Assembly: GCA_964501605.1 (NCBI GenBank)
Contig: CAZCTB010000065.1
Span: forward strand, 1-55,948
DNA: 55,948 nt
Direction of reading: 5' to 3'
Source of the DNA: an uncultured Candidatus Peribacteria bacterium
Lineage (GTDB): Bacteria > Patescibacteriota > Gracilibacteria > Absconditabacterales > Absconditicoccaceae
Shown here: in pieces, positions 1 to 12,745 of the stretch
How the letters are laid out: the number at the start of each line of letters is the position of its first letter
How positions within the stretch are numbered: the stretch's first letter is position 1
The notes under the pieces: model-generated
What the model was told of the DNA's origin: nothing
Databases searched by the model: none
The model's input: the letters and a program-made list of their open reading frames with translations, nothing else
Position numbers and translations under genes: made by a program

Positions 1-65
1 CACCTTTGCTATGAGCTATAGGCTATTAGTAATCAGCTAAATTTTATAACATAAAATTTATTAAG

Positions 66-401
66 ATGTGATTAATGCACTTAGAGTGAACAGAACAATT
101 TAAAAAAGAAGTACTAGAATTTGATTGAGTAGTACTTATAGATTTTTGGGCAGAACGATGTGGTCCATGTAGAATTTTAGGTCCAGTATTGGAAGAATTA
201 GCTGCAGATAATGAATGAAAAAATGTAAAAATTATCAAAGCTAATGTAGAAAGTCCAGAAAATTGACCATTGGCGCAAAGTTTTCAAGTGAGTTCTATTC
301 CAGCAGTATTTTTGGTAAACAAATGAGAGGTGGTAAAACCCCTTATTGGCGTAAATCCCAAAGATGTTTATCAAAAAGAAATAGATGCTTTGTTAGGTTA
401 A
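66..401 (+). CDS. trxA: Thioredoxin
   Basis: Table-25 translation gives ...VVLIDFWAE-[CGA]-CGPCRILGPVLEEL...IPAVFLVNKGEVV... This is the thioredoxin fold with a (W)CGPC active site whose W position is a CGA codon. Several in-frame TGA read as Gly. A hairpin plus T-run follows. Confidence 0.9.
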
Positions 402-426
402 ATACAAAATATTAAGTTCAATAAAA

Positions 427-455
427 AAATCCTGATTAATTTCGGGATTTTTTTT
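427..455 (+). terminator. Rho-independent terminator after trxA
   Basis: AAATCC...GGATTT stem followed by a T-run. Confidence 0.7.
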
Positions 456-651
456 ATAAATAAAGGTTTCAAAAACAACAAAATATTAGCTTGTACATAA
501 GACGAAATCACATCATTATTTTTTATTTTATTGTTTCTTATTTTATTTTCCTTGAAATTAAAAGGTGCATTAATAAACATATAACGAAACAACGTTGAAA
601 CATTTAAGCGATACCGCGTTGAAACACATATTTATCGTTATATTATTTATT

Positions 652-2949
652 ATGGCAAAAAATTTAGTAATAGTAGAGTCTCCAGCAAAATCCAATACTA
701 TAAAAAAAATACTTGGAAGTGATTTTGAAGTAAAAGCATCATACTGACATGTAGTAGATCTACCTCAAAAAAAAATATGAGTAGATGTACAAAATAATTT
801 TCAACCAGAATATGAAGTTAGTCCTGAAAAGAAAAAAACTATAGCAGAACTAAAAAAATATGCCAAACAAGCCGAAAAAGTATGGATTGCAACTGACGAA
901 GATCGTGAATGAGAGGCTATATGACGACATGTTACCAACGAATTATGACTTGATATCAAAAAAACAGCTAGAATAGTTTTTCATGAAATTACAAAAAAAG
1001 CCATAGAAAGTGCAGTAGCAAATCCTAGGACCATAGACATGAATTTGGTAGATGCTCAACAAGCTAGAAGGATACTTGATCGTCTTGTTTGATTTGAACT
1101 TTCTCCTGTTCTTTGGAAAAAAATTTCTAGATGACTTTCTGCAGGTAGGGTACAATCAGTAGCTGTTCGTGTGATAGTGGAGAGAGAAAGAGAGATAGAA
1201 AAATTTAAATCTGCCAATTTTTTCAAAACAATTTGAAATTTTATCGGACAATCAAAACAAGATTTTAATGCTACATTGGATATTGATTTTCAAAATATAG
1301 ATGATGTAAAATTATTTTTAGAAAATTGTAAGGATTCGGAATTTAAAATTTCTAGTATAGAGACAAAGCCTTGAAAAAAAACTCCATCAGCTCCATTTAC
1401 CACATCTACACTACAACAAGAAGCTAGTAGAAAATTGTGATTTTCGGTATCTCGTACTATGCAAGTAGCACAAAAATTATATGAGGCATGACATATCACA
1501 TATATGAGAACTGATTCTGTAAATTTATCTCAAGACGCCACCTCAGCTGCACAATCAGAAATCATAAAAAAATATTGAAAAGAATACTCTAATCCAACTG
1601 GATATAAATCTAAATCAAAATGAGCTCAAGAAGCACATGAGGCTATTAGACCAACTCATATGGAAAATGATCTAGCATGAGCAGATGCATCGCAAAAAAA
1701 ATTGTATGATTTGATACGAAAAAGGACTATAGCATCTCAAATGTCCCCAGCAAAAATAGAAAAAACAAAAGCTATCATAGATATCTTAAATAGCAAAAAT
1801 AAATTTATAGCAGAATGAGAGGTAATAAAATTTGATGGTTTTCTCAAGGTTTATATAGAGTGATTGGATGAAGAAAACGATGAGAATAGCTCTATGTTGC
1901 CAAAACTTGTAGAATGAGAAAAATTGGATATGCAACAAATTGTGAGTACAGAAAAATTTAAAAAACACCCACCAAGATATACAGAAGCAAGCTTGGTAAA
2001 AGAATTGGAAAAAAAATGAATTGGTCGTCCATCCACTTATGCGCCCACAATTTCTACAATACAAAAAAGATGATATGTGATTTTAGACAGTAGAACATGA
2101 GAAAAAATAGATTATTCAGAACTAACTTTAAAAAACAAAAGCATTTCTATAGATACAAAATCTCAAAATACTTGAGTAGAAAAAAATAAATTATTTCCTA
2201 CAGATATTGGAAGAACTGTTACAGATTTTCTTATGGAAAATTTCAAAGATATACTTGATTATAACTTTACTGCATCTGTGGAAGAGCAATTTGATAATAT
2301 TGCTACATGAGATATTAAGCGACAAAAAATGTTAGAAGATTTTTATTGACCTTTTCATTCTGAAGTAGAAAAAGCAGAGGGTGCAGAAAGGGCAAGTTGA
2401 GAAAGAATTTTATGAAAGGATCCGAAAACGTGAAAACCGCTTTTGGTTAGAATATGAAGATACTGACCATTAGTACAAATATGATCAGCTGACGATGAAG
2501 ACAAAAAATTTGCAAATATACCCGCATGAAAGACTATAGAAACTATAACATTAGAAGAAGCATTAGATTGTTTTAAATTGCCAAGGGAGGTTTGAAATTA
2601 TAAATGAGAAAAAATTATATCTGCAATAGGAAGGTTTTGACCATATCTAAAATATAAAAATATGTTTGTATCTATACCAAAAGATTCAGAATTAGATCCA
2701 CTTTATATTACACTAGAAGAATCAATTCCACTTATAGATGCAAAGATAGAATTTGAAAAAAACAAGTATATAAATGAGTTTGACAATAAAGGCAAAAAAA
2801 TTCAAATTTTGAATTGAAGATATGGACCATATATAAAGTATGAAAAGAAAAACTACAAGATACCAAAATGATGAAAAGATGCTACAGACCTAAAATTAAA
2901 AGATTGTTTAGAGATTATTAAAAACCAAGATAAGAAAAATAAAAAATAA
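652..2949 (+). CDS. topA: DNA topoisomerase I
   Basis: [73 protein letters not shown] and GRFGPYLKY. I scanned all 766 codons in frame and found no TAA/TAG, but many TGA. 765 aa. Confidence 0.94.
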
Positions 2950-2985
2950 TTGTTAATTATTAATGGTTGGTTGTTAATTTATCCA

Positions 2986-3020
2986 TTTTCAATTTTCAAT
3001 TTTCAATTTTCAATTCTCAA
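2986..3020. repeat. Tandem heptamer (TTTTCAA) x4 plus one degenerate unit
   Basis: Direct reading: ttttcaa ttttcaa ttttcaa ttttcaa ttctcaa, immediately upstream of the ATG at 3029. Confidence 0.9.
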
Positions 3021-3028
3021 TTAACTAT

Positions 3029-4021
3029 ATGTTACAAGTACGATACGAATATTTATCAGAATCTTATCCTAGATTTCGTGTTTACAAAATTCAGGAATGA
3101 GAAAAAATACAGCAATATATATTGCATGAAAATTTTAATAAAATCATAGAAAAGTCGTTTGATAATGATAAGTATGACCATACTTTTTTGCTTGATGAAA
3201 GCAGATTTTCTTTTTTTAGATTTGATATTTTTTTAGATAAAGAAAAACCTTTTTGTATACAAGATTTGCACGATATTACAGCAGAAAAAATGTCTTTTAT
3301 AGAAAACGAGAAAAATGCTGAATGAAAATTTCTTACCACGTATGTAGATAGTGTTTTTGTTGGTTGAGAAGAAAAAAAATTTGTTATAGGTGAGTCTGGG
3401 GAAATATTTTTTAGGCTTTATATAATTTATATTGATTCAAAATCTTTGAATCAGTTAAATTCTACCTATGGTAAAATAAGAGAAAAACAAAATATAAAAA
3501 TTCTTCCACAATCTTTTCATACAATGTTGTTTCTAAGAAATAATCTTAAAAGAGAAAATTTTTTATTACTTTATATTACAGAATCATCAGCAAAAATAAT
3601 AAAAATTACAAATAGTTTTTATGAATCAGTAAATGTTATAAATCTTTGATTGAATGCCCTTAAACAAATGTACAAAGACAATTGAATTTCACAATATCGA
3701 TATAAGGATTATGAAGAAATACAATCAAATGCTTTAGCTGAAAATTTAGTTATTGAAACTCTAGAATTTTTTTCTACATTATTTTTTTCTCGACTGGAAG
3801 AACAAAATTGTATAGGAAATGATATTTTTGTGATATCTCCAATTGTAAAAAATGGACATTTTATGGAGGTGTTTAATAGAAAGTATAGAGAATATACAAA
3901 TAATTATATAGTACCATTTCATTATTCTGACAAACTAGATACTTTCAACAGAGAGCGAGAACCTGATGGTATGGATACACTAATTTATTTAAATCGTGAA
4001 AAACCAAATTTGTCTTGTTAG
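3029..4021 (+). CDS. Hypothetical protein (330 aa)
   Basis: Three standard-code ORF pieces (3122, 3446, 3830) share one frame and are joined by TGA. The first ATG after the upstream TAA is at 3029. I recognise no family. Confidence 0.6.
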
Positions 4022-4159
4022 TTTTTAAAAAAAGATTTGTTTTAAATTTATTTATATTTTTTTTGATTGGTTTTCAGTTGAAAAATCACAAAAAATCTCT
4101 AATCTCAATTTATATTAGATTGAATAATCTAGTTTGTTTTATTGTTTAATTTTTTTGTT

Positions 4160-6313
4160 TTGGCTAGAAGAAAGTATAGTAGAAGAAAAAAGAAAACATT
4201 AATTCTAAATAAATATAAACTTTGAGTGGTTATGTTTCTCCTTTGATGATTGTATTTTTTTTCTTTATATCTGGCTAAATGATCTCCAATATTTGAAATA
4301 TTAACTAACTATGCTAGTGTGGTTTTTTGAGAAATATGATTAAATATATTTTTTGGTTTGTGTATGCTTGTTTGAATATTGATTATATCAAAGTGATATT
4401 TGATGAATCTTTTGATAAAACAATTTTTAGTTGTTATGGTTTTGGTTTCTTGAATAATTAATTTTCCAATTATAGACTGAGATATTGTCAAATATGAATC
4501 TTTTGGTTGATATATTTCTTGGCCTTTAATAGAACTTTTAAATATGATGTTTGGTTTTCAGGCTACTGCAGTAAAATCTTTTATAATTATTTTATTTGTT
4601 GGTTCTATAGTTCGAGTACTTTATACATTCAATTTTTCTATACCCAAAATAAATGTTAAATTTGAAAAATATAAAAGATCAAAATCTAAAAAAACAAATA
4701 GATCATCAAGATCTGATAGAGAAACAACAAATGCTATTGCAAAGAAAATAAATGAAACGAAACAAGATTTTGGTAAGCAAAATCCTAAAGAAGTTTCTCG
4801 TTCATTTATAAAAACTATGATTAAACAAAAAGCAGAAGAAAAGATTCAAGAAAGGAAGCCAAGGCCTATGATTAAATTTTCATGAGATAAGCCCACATTT
4901 GATATATCTTTGTTAAAGTCTAATGCAGGTGTAACAACTACAATAGACGAAAAATTTTTGATGGATAAAGCAAGATCTTTGCAAAGCAAACTTAAAGAAT
5001 TTAATGTGGCTATAAGTATTGAATGATTTGATCTCTGACCATCTATAGTACAAATTAGGGTTAAGCCAGAAGCTGGCATTGCTATATCCAAAATTGAGGC
5101 TCTTTCAAATGATATTAAATTATCTTTGAAATCTAAATCTCTTAGAATTATAGCACCAATTCCTGGTACTGATTCTGTTTGAATACAGTTACCAAACCCT
5201 AAACCAACAATTGTAAGAGTTTGAGATATGTTGAGTTCAAAAGAATTTCAACAAAGAATGAACAAATCTGATACCAATTTGACTTTATGAAAACAAATAG
5301 ACTGATCTATCATTACAAAAACCTTACAAGATATGCCTCATCTATTGGTAGCTTGAGCTACCTGATCAGGTAAGTCTGTATGAGTAAATGACTTTATATT
5401 ATCTCTTATGTATCAAAATTCTCCATCAGAACTAAAATTTTTGATGGTAGATCCAAAGCAAGTTGAACTAGAACTATATTCATGACTTCCATATATGCTT
5501 TGACCGATAGTTAGCGATCCTGATAAGGCATTGAAACTTCTTAAACGAGCAGTAGATGAGATGGAAAGAAGATATACATTATTAAAAGACAAAAGAGTAA
5601 AAAATATAGAAGAATATAACAAAAAAGTAATATCAGAAAAAATGTATCGTATAGTATTTGTAATAGATGAATTAGCAGATATGATGATGCAAAAAAACAA
5701 GAAAGAAGTAGAAAACGCTATTACGCGTATTGCACAAAAAGCTCGTGCTATATGAATTCATTTGATTGTTGCTACGCAAAGACCATCTGTAAATGTAATT
5801 ACGGGTCTAATTAAGGCAAATATGCCTACTAGAATAGCTTTTGGAGTAGTTTCAGAAATTGATTCAAGGACAATTCTTGGAAGAAAATGAGCTGAAGATT
5901 TGGTATGAAGATGAGATATGCTTTATATAGACCCAACCACAAAATGGCCGGTAAGAATACAGGCCCCATTCGTAGAAACTAGTGAGATAGAAAAGGTTGT
6001 AAAGACACTAAAGGACAAATATATGAGATGATTGTCAGAAGATGATATTTACAATCCAGAAATAATTAAAGCTCTAGAAAGTAAACTTGAAACAGCATGA
6101 TGATCTTATTCTGGATGAGGAAGTTGATCAGATGAAGAACTTATAGAAAAGGCAATACAGGTTATATCACAAACAAGAAAAGCATCAGCCACTTTATTGC
6201 AAAGAAAGCTTAATATTTGATTTGCTAGAGCGGCTAGAATTATGGATGAACTAGAAGATAGGTGAATTATTTGACCACAAGATTGAGCTAGAGCTAGAGA
6301 GATATTTATTTAG
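4160..6313 (+). CDS. ftsK: DNA translocase FtsK/SpoIIIE
   Basis: N-terminal TM region followed by the motor domain: LLVAGATGSGKSV (Walker A, both flanking Gly are TGA), [40 protein letters not shown], and a C-terminal gamma-like winged helix ([23 protein letters not shown]). The TTG start at 4160 ([12 protein letters not shown]) is inferred; the alternative is ATG 4232. Confidence 0.9.
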
Positions 6314-6328
6314 ATTTTTTTAAAACAT

Positions 6329-7156
6329 ATGATAAATGATATCAAAAAAATAAAAACTTCATGGTTAAATATTTTTATTGGATTTTGTGTTTTAACATTT
6401 GTCTTTATTATACAACAAAATTCTGCAAAAGCTGATACAATAATAGTAAAACCCCAATATTCTAGTAGTAGCATGACAGATTTTATAAGTCAAAAATCAT
6501 TAAATTTTTTGGATGAGAATATCAAAAAAGCTAAAATCAATTATCAAAACAATTTTGATATGAATTCAGATTATTCTTTTCAAAAATATATTTCTGATGA
6601 AAACTTATTGAATAATAAAAAATATAAACCATCAGATTTGGTTCAAATAGATACTGAATACATAGTAAATAGGGCTGGTAGACCATTTTTACGTCAACCT
6701 GCACAAATAGCGTTTGAAAAACTAGCTAAAAAATTTAATGAAGATTTAAAAAAAAACTTATATCTTGTTAGTGCCTATAGAACATATAGAGATCAAGCAA
6801 CACTTTTTGAATGATGATGTTCTTCCACTAGGTGTGCAAAAATATGATGAAGTGAGCATCAATTGTGATTAGCTGTAGATATTCATCTTGCTACAAAAAA
6901 TTGATATAATATTTTATGATGAGACAATTTAGATTGGTTGAATGGAAATGCGTATAAATATTGATTTATAAATACATATCGTAAATGAGCAAAAATAGAC
7001 TGAAAGATGAAAGAAGTTCGACATTGGAGATATGTTGGGATACCTTTGGCTACAGAGCTTTACAAAAGGGATATGAGTTTCGCAGAGTATTATAATACCA
7101 CTGTCATTCCGACCGAATACCGCAGTATTGCGGTAGTAGCGGAGGAATCCCTTTAA
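6329..7156 (+). CDS. Peptidase M15 / VanY-like D-alanyl-D-alanine carboxypeptidase with signal anchor
   Basis: SAYRTYRDQATLF, SEHQLGLAVDI, WLNGNAYKYGFINTY and EV-[CGA]-HWRYVG (family consensus EPWH.RYVG). The last ~17 codons and the stop lie inside a GTCATTCC...GGAATCC repeat copy. Confidence 0.85.
7103..7151. repeat. GTCATTC-family palindromic element, variant copy, forming the 3' end of the M15 peptidase CDS
   Basis: gtcattccgaccgaataccgcagtattgcggtagtagcggaggaatccc. Preceded by ataatacca-ct, as in the copy at 9909. Confidence 0.7.
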
Positions 7157-7237
7157 AGTGAATGCAAAAAAGATATTTCCCCATCATTATACTTAGTCGA
7201 GATGATAATTGTTGTTTATATTATAATTAAGTAAAAA

Positions 7238-7810
7238 ATGACAGACAAAGATTTACAAGACAAACTTGAACAAGCTGAAAAAGAAAATAAAAAAAAATCA
7301 AAATCAAAAAAAGAAAAAAAACTACAAGAAAAAATTGAAAAATTTCAAAAAGAATATGATGAACAGACAGAAATGCTCAAAAGAGCACAACATGATTACA
7401 TTAATCTTAAATTTGATTTTGATAGGTTTCAAAAACAAGTAGAAGAAAAAGAAAAAGAAAGTGAATTAAATTCATTAATTTCTAGTGTTAAAAAGTTTTT
7501 ACCATTTGTAGAAGATTTAAGAAAGTCTTTGGATAATATACCAAAGGATAAAAAATCAGAACCATTGGCTCAATGAGTACAGCTTGTTTATGACAATTTT
7601 TTGAAAACTCTAGAGTGAATGAATATAAAACAAATAGAAGCTGTATGATTGGAGCCAGACTCAGCATTACACGAGCCAGTTTCAGTCCAGCCAGTAGAGG
7701 ACAAAAAAATGAAATGAAAAATAGTACAAGAATTTGAAAGATGATTTGTTTATAAAAAAGATAATAAGCAAGTAGTGTTAAATACCTCAAAAGTAATAGT
7801 AGGTCAATAG
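7238..7810 (+). CDS. grpE: Nucleotide exchange factor GrpE
   Basis: K/E-rich coiled N-terminus, then LKRAQHDYINLKFDFDRFQKQ...FLPFVEDLRKSL...HEPVSVQP...VLNTSKVIVG. 190 aa. Confidence 0.88.
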
Positions 7811-7863
7811 TGTTTTGTTGTTATACGAAAAATAGAATAATCTAAAAATTAATATAATAAGAA

Positions 7864-7894
7864 AAAGGGCTGGAAATAATCCAGACCTTTTTTT
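7864..7894. terminator. Bidirectional hairpin terminator between convergent grpE and the 7893-8126 gene
   Basis: GGgCTGG-aaataat-CCAGaCC flanked by an A-run and a T-run. Confidence 0.65.
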
Positions 7895-8126
7895 AATTTT
7901 TTACTTGGAATAGTTCTCTTCCAAGTATTGTAAACAATATTCCAACACAACAAAAGAATATAATTTCTCCATATGTGTAGCCATTTTTGGACCAAGGTCC
8001 AATTAGTGTGTTTAAAATAAATCCAATTCCGGACAGCATTAGCAACGCTCCGGTTAATTTTGTTATAAACCATGCTAAACTATCACTAATATTAGTGATA
8101 GATTTTTGAATTTTCCTTTTTTTCAT
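7893..8126 (-). CDS. Small membrane protein (77 aa)
   Basis: Intact ORF with no TGA and two predicted hydrophobic helices (LAWFITKLTGALLMLSGIGFIL, IIFFCCVGILFTIL). Confidence 0.6.
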   Translation of the reverse strand: MKKRKIQKSITNISDSLAWFITKLTGALLMLSGIGFILNTLIGPWSKNGYTYGEIIFFCCVGILFTILGRELFQVKN

Positions 8127-8224
8127 ATTATTTTATTTTTGTTAATTTTTATTATAACAAATATTTGTATTAAGTCAAACAATATTTCACTTGAAAAAAT
8201 ATACTTTAAAAATACAAAAAAATT

Positions 8225-9904
8225 ATGGATCAGACAATAATAAATAATATACCAAATAAGCCATGAATATATCTTTTTAAAGACAAAAAAGACAATATTC
8301 TTTATATTTGAAAAGCAAAAAATCTCAAAAATAGAGTATCTCAATATTTCAATCCAAATTCAGTACGAAAACAAGATATGTTGAATAAGGCAGATACGGT
8401 AGATTTTTTTGTTGTAAAAACAGAATCTGAGGCTTTGTATTTGGAGGATAATTTAATTAAAAAAAACCAGCCACCATTCAACAATATGCTTAAAGGTTCA
8501 AATAGTTATGCTTATATAAAAATTACAAATGAAGATTTTCCACAAATATTTATCACTAGAAATAAAATCAAAGATTGATCAAAATATATTTGACCAAAAC
8601 ATAATACAATTGAACTCAAAAAATTCTTACAATATTTGAGATATATTATCAAACGAAGATGATGTAAAAAAACCCAATTTAATCAATGAAAAGTTTGTTC
8701 TGATTATCATTTTTGATTGTGTAATTGATGGTGTTTAGTTAATGCCCCGCTTATGAATGAGGGTCAGGGGGGGGCAAAAAAACTAAACCCACCTTCGCTA
8801 CGCTCTTCCTCCCTTCAAAAGGGAGGTACGTATGAAAGTGCGAAAAAAGAATATTCAGATATTATAAAACTAATAGAACAATTTTTCAGATGAAATACAA
8901 AACCAGTTGAAAAAGAGATAAAGCTCCAAATCCAAAAAGCGGTCAATGAAGAAAACTTTGAACGAGCGACTAGATTAAGAGATATTTATTTACAGATAGC
9001 AAATCTTACAGAAAAACAGACTGTAGTACTACCAAAGAGCATTTCATGATACATTTGCCAGATTAAAGAAATCTCAGGTTGGTTTGTTTATATTGTGTTA
9101 AATTTTTACGAATGAAAAATAATTGACGTAATTATCAACAAACAAAACAAAAATGATGGAGATGAAAATTCTGTACTATCGGTACTGGGTTCTGAGCTAT
9201 GAAATTTAGAAAAGATTGATTCAGATAATCATATTGTTTTAAAAAATCCAAAAGTTAAGTTAAACAAAACACAAACCAAAGAAATTTTATCTCTTATGGA
9301 TTGATTTATAGATTCGTATATTATCACACAATCATTTAAAGACGAAAATTTGTTAAATGATATTTTAAAAGACATTCAATCAAAATATAAGCTGAATAAT
9401 TTTCCATATCATATGGAGTGTGTAGATATTTCACATCTTTGATGATCACGAACTAGTGGTGGATTGTCATGATTTTTATGATGAATACCAAATTACAAGT
9501 TATATCGTAAATATAAAATTAATGCCAAAGCATCTAATGATTATGAGGCTTTGAAGGAAGTGATTACAAAAAGATTTAAAGACAAGGAAGACTTGCCAGA
9601 TTTATTTATTCTGGATTGATGAAAAGGTCAGTTGTGAATACTCAAAGATTTTTTACAAGAAAACTGGTTCAAAAAAATATTCGATAAAGTAGACTTTGTC
9701 TCTCTTGGTAAATGATCAGCTAGAAAAACATGATGAAAAATTAAATGAGAAAAAGAAAAAATATTCTATTTCGATTCAGAGATGAGAATTCAAAATATTG
9801 ATTTAAAATATGATCAATCAGATAAAACTATAGTAAAATTACGTGATGAAGCTCATAGATTTGCTAATTCTTACAGAAAAACTCAGATGAAGAAGTGACT
9901 ATAA
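8225..9904 (+). CDS. uvrC: Excinuclease ABC subunit C
   Basis: N-terminal GIY-YIG ([29 protein letters not shown]), UVR motif (ENFE.ATRLRDIY), and VDISHLGGS / LRDEAHRFANSYRK. Carries an in-frame GC-rich insert at 8744-8829. Confidence 0.9.
8744..8829. repeat. GC-run hairpin element inserted in frame in uvrC
   Basis: ccccgcttatgaatgagggtcaggggggggcaaaaaaactaaacccaccttcgctacgctcttcctcccttcaaaagggagg. Contains the hairpin CCTCCCTT-caaa-AGGGAGG. It is far more GC-rich than its flanks and interrupts the conserved C..G.C region. Confidence 0.75.
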
Positions 9905-9908
9905 TACT

Positions 9909-9975
9909 GTCATTCTGAGCGGAACAAGGTGAAGTCGAAGAATCTAGTGTTTGTATATACTATTTTAAAAACGCT
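9909..9975. repeat. GTCATTCTGAG-family element, left half only
   Basis: gtcattctgagcggaacaaggtgaagtcgaagaatctagtgtttgtatatacta matches the left arm and core of the 36726-36837 copy. No right arm is present. Confidence 0.75.
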
Positions 9976-10280
9976 ACCGCGGTAATGTTACTTTTGCCAC
10001 ATTGAGCCGCAAAAGTAACCAAAAAGTCCCTAGTTTAAAATTGCAGTCATACTTTAGTTTTGTAATATTGTGTACGAGTACGGAAAATTTCGCATAGGCT
10101 CAATTTTTAAATTATTATTATAATGTTTGTTGGGTAATTCTAATGAGCCTTACAAATGCAATCTTAAACTTTTAATTTGATACACCAAAAAGGTGTGATG
10201 TCAACACTTATCACTGTTTCGTGCGGTGGTTTTTTGATAATTCAAATTTTCTGAATATAATTAGATAGATTGATGATTTA

Positions 10281-11843
10281 GTGGTTAAAAAATCGATGAT
10301 ACAAAGAGAAAAATTTATAGCACTATTGATTGTATTGTTTGCATGGACTGCATTCCTTTTTAGTGATGCTATATTTTCTGCTAAAGAGGAAAATAAAAAC
10401 CCACCATCAAGTATTAAAAATTTAGTATTCGATACTTCACTTCAAAAGGGTGATACTTTAAATAATCATTCATCTGCTAGTGAGTTTGAATCACAAGTTG
10501 GAAAATTAGATACACAAAACGAATTGTCACAACTTACAAAAACAGTAAGTGAAAATTTAGAAAACTGAATAAATTCAGCAAAGATGAAAATAAAAGATAT
10601 AAATAATTGAATCAAGGATCTTGATTTGTTGGAAAAAATATATCAAAAAGACAAAAATCCAGATGTTCTCAAAATATTGTTACAAAATTTGGTAGAAGAG
10701 TATCAATTTGAAAAAGCAAAAACATATATATCAGATATAAATATATTTGATGACAAAATAATAGAAGCAAAAACATATATATATACTTATATTAATTCTC
10801 TATCTATAATAGACAACAATAGTATGGATAAATTTATGTCTTTTGTAGATCAAATGAGATACAAATCTTTAATTAGTTCAGATGACTATATTTTTTACCA
10901 ATGATTAGCCAAAATTTGGAAAAAAGATTATGAATGAGCAAGTATTTTATTCAAACAAATTAATTCACCAATATATACAAATTTTATATCACAAATAGAT
11001 AGTGCTATAGAAAAATTTAACAAACAAAAATGAGTACCTTGATATTATAAAGATTCTTTGATAGCCTTGACTGCTCTCAAAAATTGATATTTTTCTTTGG
11101 CTAACAAATTGGCTGTTAGTTCTGTATTGCAAAACTGAGAATATGTATTACCAAATCAGATATTGGCATATTCAAATTTTCTTACAAATAATCGAGAAAA
11201 ATCTATAGAAAATTTTTATGAATTAGTAGAGATAGATAGTGAAAATCAAGATAAGTATAATTTTTATATATGAGTATCTCACTATCGAGCAGGTCAATAT
11301 CAAGAATCTATTTGAATATTATCTAAACTTTTAAATAACTCTAAATATAAAACAGATTCTTATAGATATTTATTATTGAATTATAAAGCATTGGAAAATG
11401 AATCAAAAATGGTTCAAGTTCGACAGAAGTTATTATGACAAGACAATTTACAAGAGTCAGATTTTAAAACATACTATGATTATGTTTTTTATAGACCGTT
11501 TTCACAAGATTCAAAATATACAATTTATTCAAAACACAAACAACTTTCATATGATTTTGTAAGTATCTGTTATCAAGATTTTTGAGAAAAAAATGATACA
11601 TGTTTATATGGTGAGATTTGATTGGATGTAATAAATGAAAGTCGACATAGTGTCCAAAATTGACTACTTTATTTAGCAGAAAATTACCCACAATCACATA
11701 TATTTCAAGCATTATGAGATTATTACAAATCTCAAGGTTTAGATGATAAAGCAAAAACTTACTACTTAAAAGCAGTAAGTTTGAGTGACAATACTTCACA
11801 AAAAAATATAATTGAAAATAAAATTATTTCTGAGTTAGACTAA
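10281..11843 (+). CDS. Membrane-anchored helical-repeat (TPR-like) protein, hypothetical
   Basis: Two ORF pieces in one frame plus a TGA-joined remainder. N-terminal TM helix (FIALLIVLFAWTAFLF), then repeated Y/A/L-rich helical pairs. The GTG 10281 or ATG 10296 start is uncertain. Confidence 0.65.
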
Positions 11844-11853
11844 GCCGCGAGTT

Positions 11854-12663
11854 TTATATCTTTTCATTTTTTTCATTTTTTGTATCTAATTTTATTGCTT
11901 TAGTTTCTTCTCATTCTTTTGTGTTATTTGTTTTTTCTTTTTTATTGGATTTTTCTAATTCTTCTATATTTTTTTTTAATTCAATAATTTCTTCCTCTTT
12001 CTTTTTTAAATCATTGTCTCATTTTTTTGTGTCTTCCTCTTTCATTTTAATATTTTTCTTAGTTTCTTCTTTTTCAGATTTTTCTTTATCAATAGTTCTT
12101 TCTTCTTTTTTCTCATCATTTTTCTTTTCACTTTCTTTGCTATTTTCTTTTTCAGATTTTTCTTCTTTTGATATTTTTTTTATTTTTTTAGGTCATATAG
12201 ATTTTCATTTTTTAAACTGTAATTTTTCAAACCAATTATTTAATTTTAGTCATCTTGTATTTAAATGATTATAAGAAAAGTCAGATATTGGTTTTTTGGA
12301 AAAAACTCTACCAAAAGTTGATTTTCGTGCATTTTTTACAGTATTTACACCAGTATTCCATGTGTTTACTACACCATTTACTATAGGCTGTATCGTAGTT
12401 CTTACGGCTCATTCCAATGCAGTTCATCCTGCTATGATTGGACTTAGTGGTATATTCATTGCTTTATGATACCATTTACCATGGTTCCAAGCTCCCAGCA
12501 AAACATCTTTTACTCTTTTGGCTGTATCAGCAGCAATTTCGCATCACTCTTTTCACATTGTTTTTAAAGTAACAAACAAATCTGTAGCCGTTGTTACGGT
12601 TGTTCATCATAATCTAATTGGCATAGCGAGAGTATTTCAAGCTCTATTTATAGTATTTCACAT
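11854..12663 (-). CDS. Hypothetical protein with K/E-rich C-terminus (269 aa)
   Basis: Minus-strand ATG at 12663 to TAA at 11854, exactly 270 codons. The plus-strand F/S-rich ORF 11921-12268 is its antisense. Confidence 0.6.
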
Positions 12664-12745
12664 AATAAAAATTTAAATCTAAACACAACTATTATAAACA
12701 AAAAAAACAGATTGTCAAATTATTTAATATGTTATTTCACAAAAT

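Noticed and set aside
1-65. Possible 3' end of an upstream plus-strand gene (..HLCYEL stop at 19-21).
   Set aside because: Only six codons are visible, so it cannot be supported.
2986-3020. Possible CRISPR array or other spaced repeats.
   Set aside because: The units are 7 nt and contiguous, with no spacers. I saw no 24-40-nt direct repeats with unique spacers anywhere in the window.
9960-9985. ctaccgcggtaatg resembles the universal 16S rRNA 515-530 region (CAGCCGCGGTAATAC).
   Set aside because: Only about 10 nt match and nothing rRNA-like flanks it. I judge it to be coincidence.
9905-10280. RNase P RNA, because of aaaagtccc (like GGAAAGUCC) and gagccttacaaatg (like GGCUUACAGAA).
   Set aside because: The two segments cannot form the P4 helix with each other, and other conserved RNase P blocks are not visible. 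It is kept only as an unclassified structured-RNA candidate.
11921-12268. F/S/L-rich low-complexity ORFs on the plus strand (also 42506-42757, 43235-43639 and 45039-45524).
   Set aside because: They are antisense shadows of K/E-rich minus-strand genes (AAA/GAA codons read backwards as TTT/TTC).
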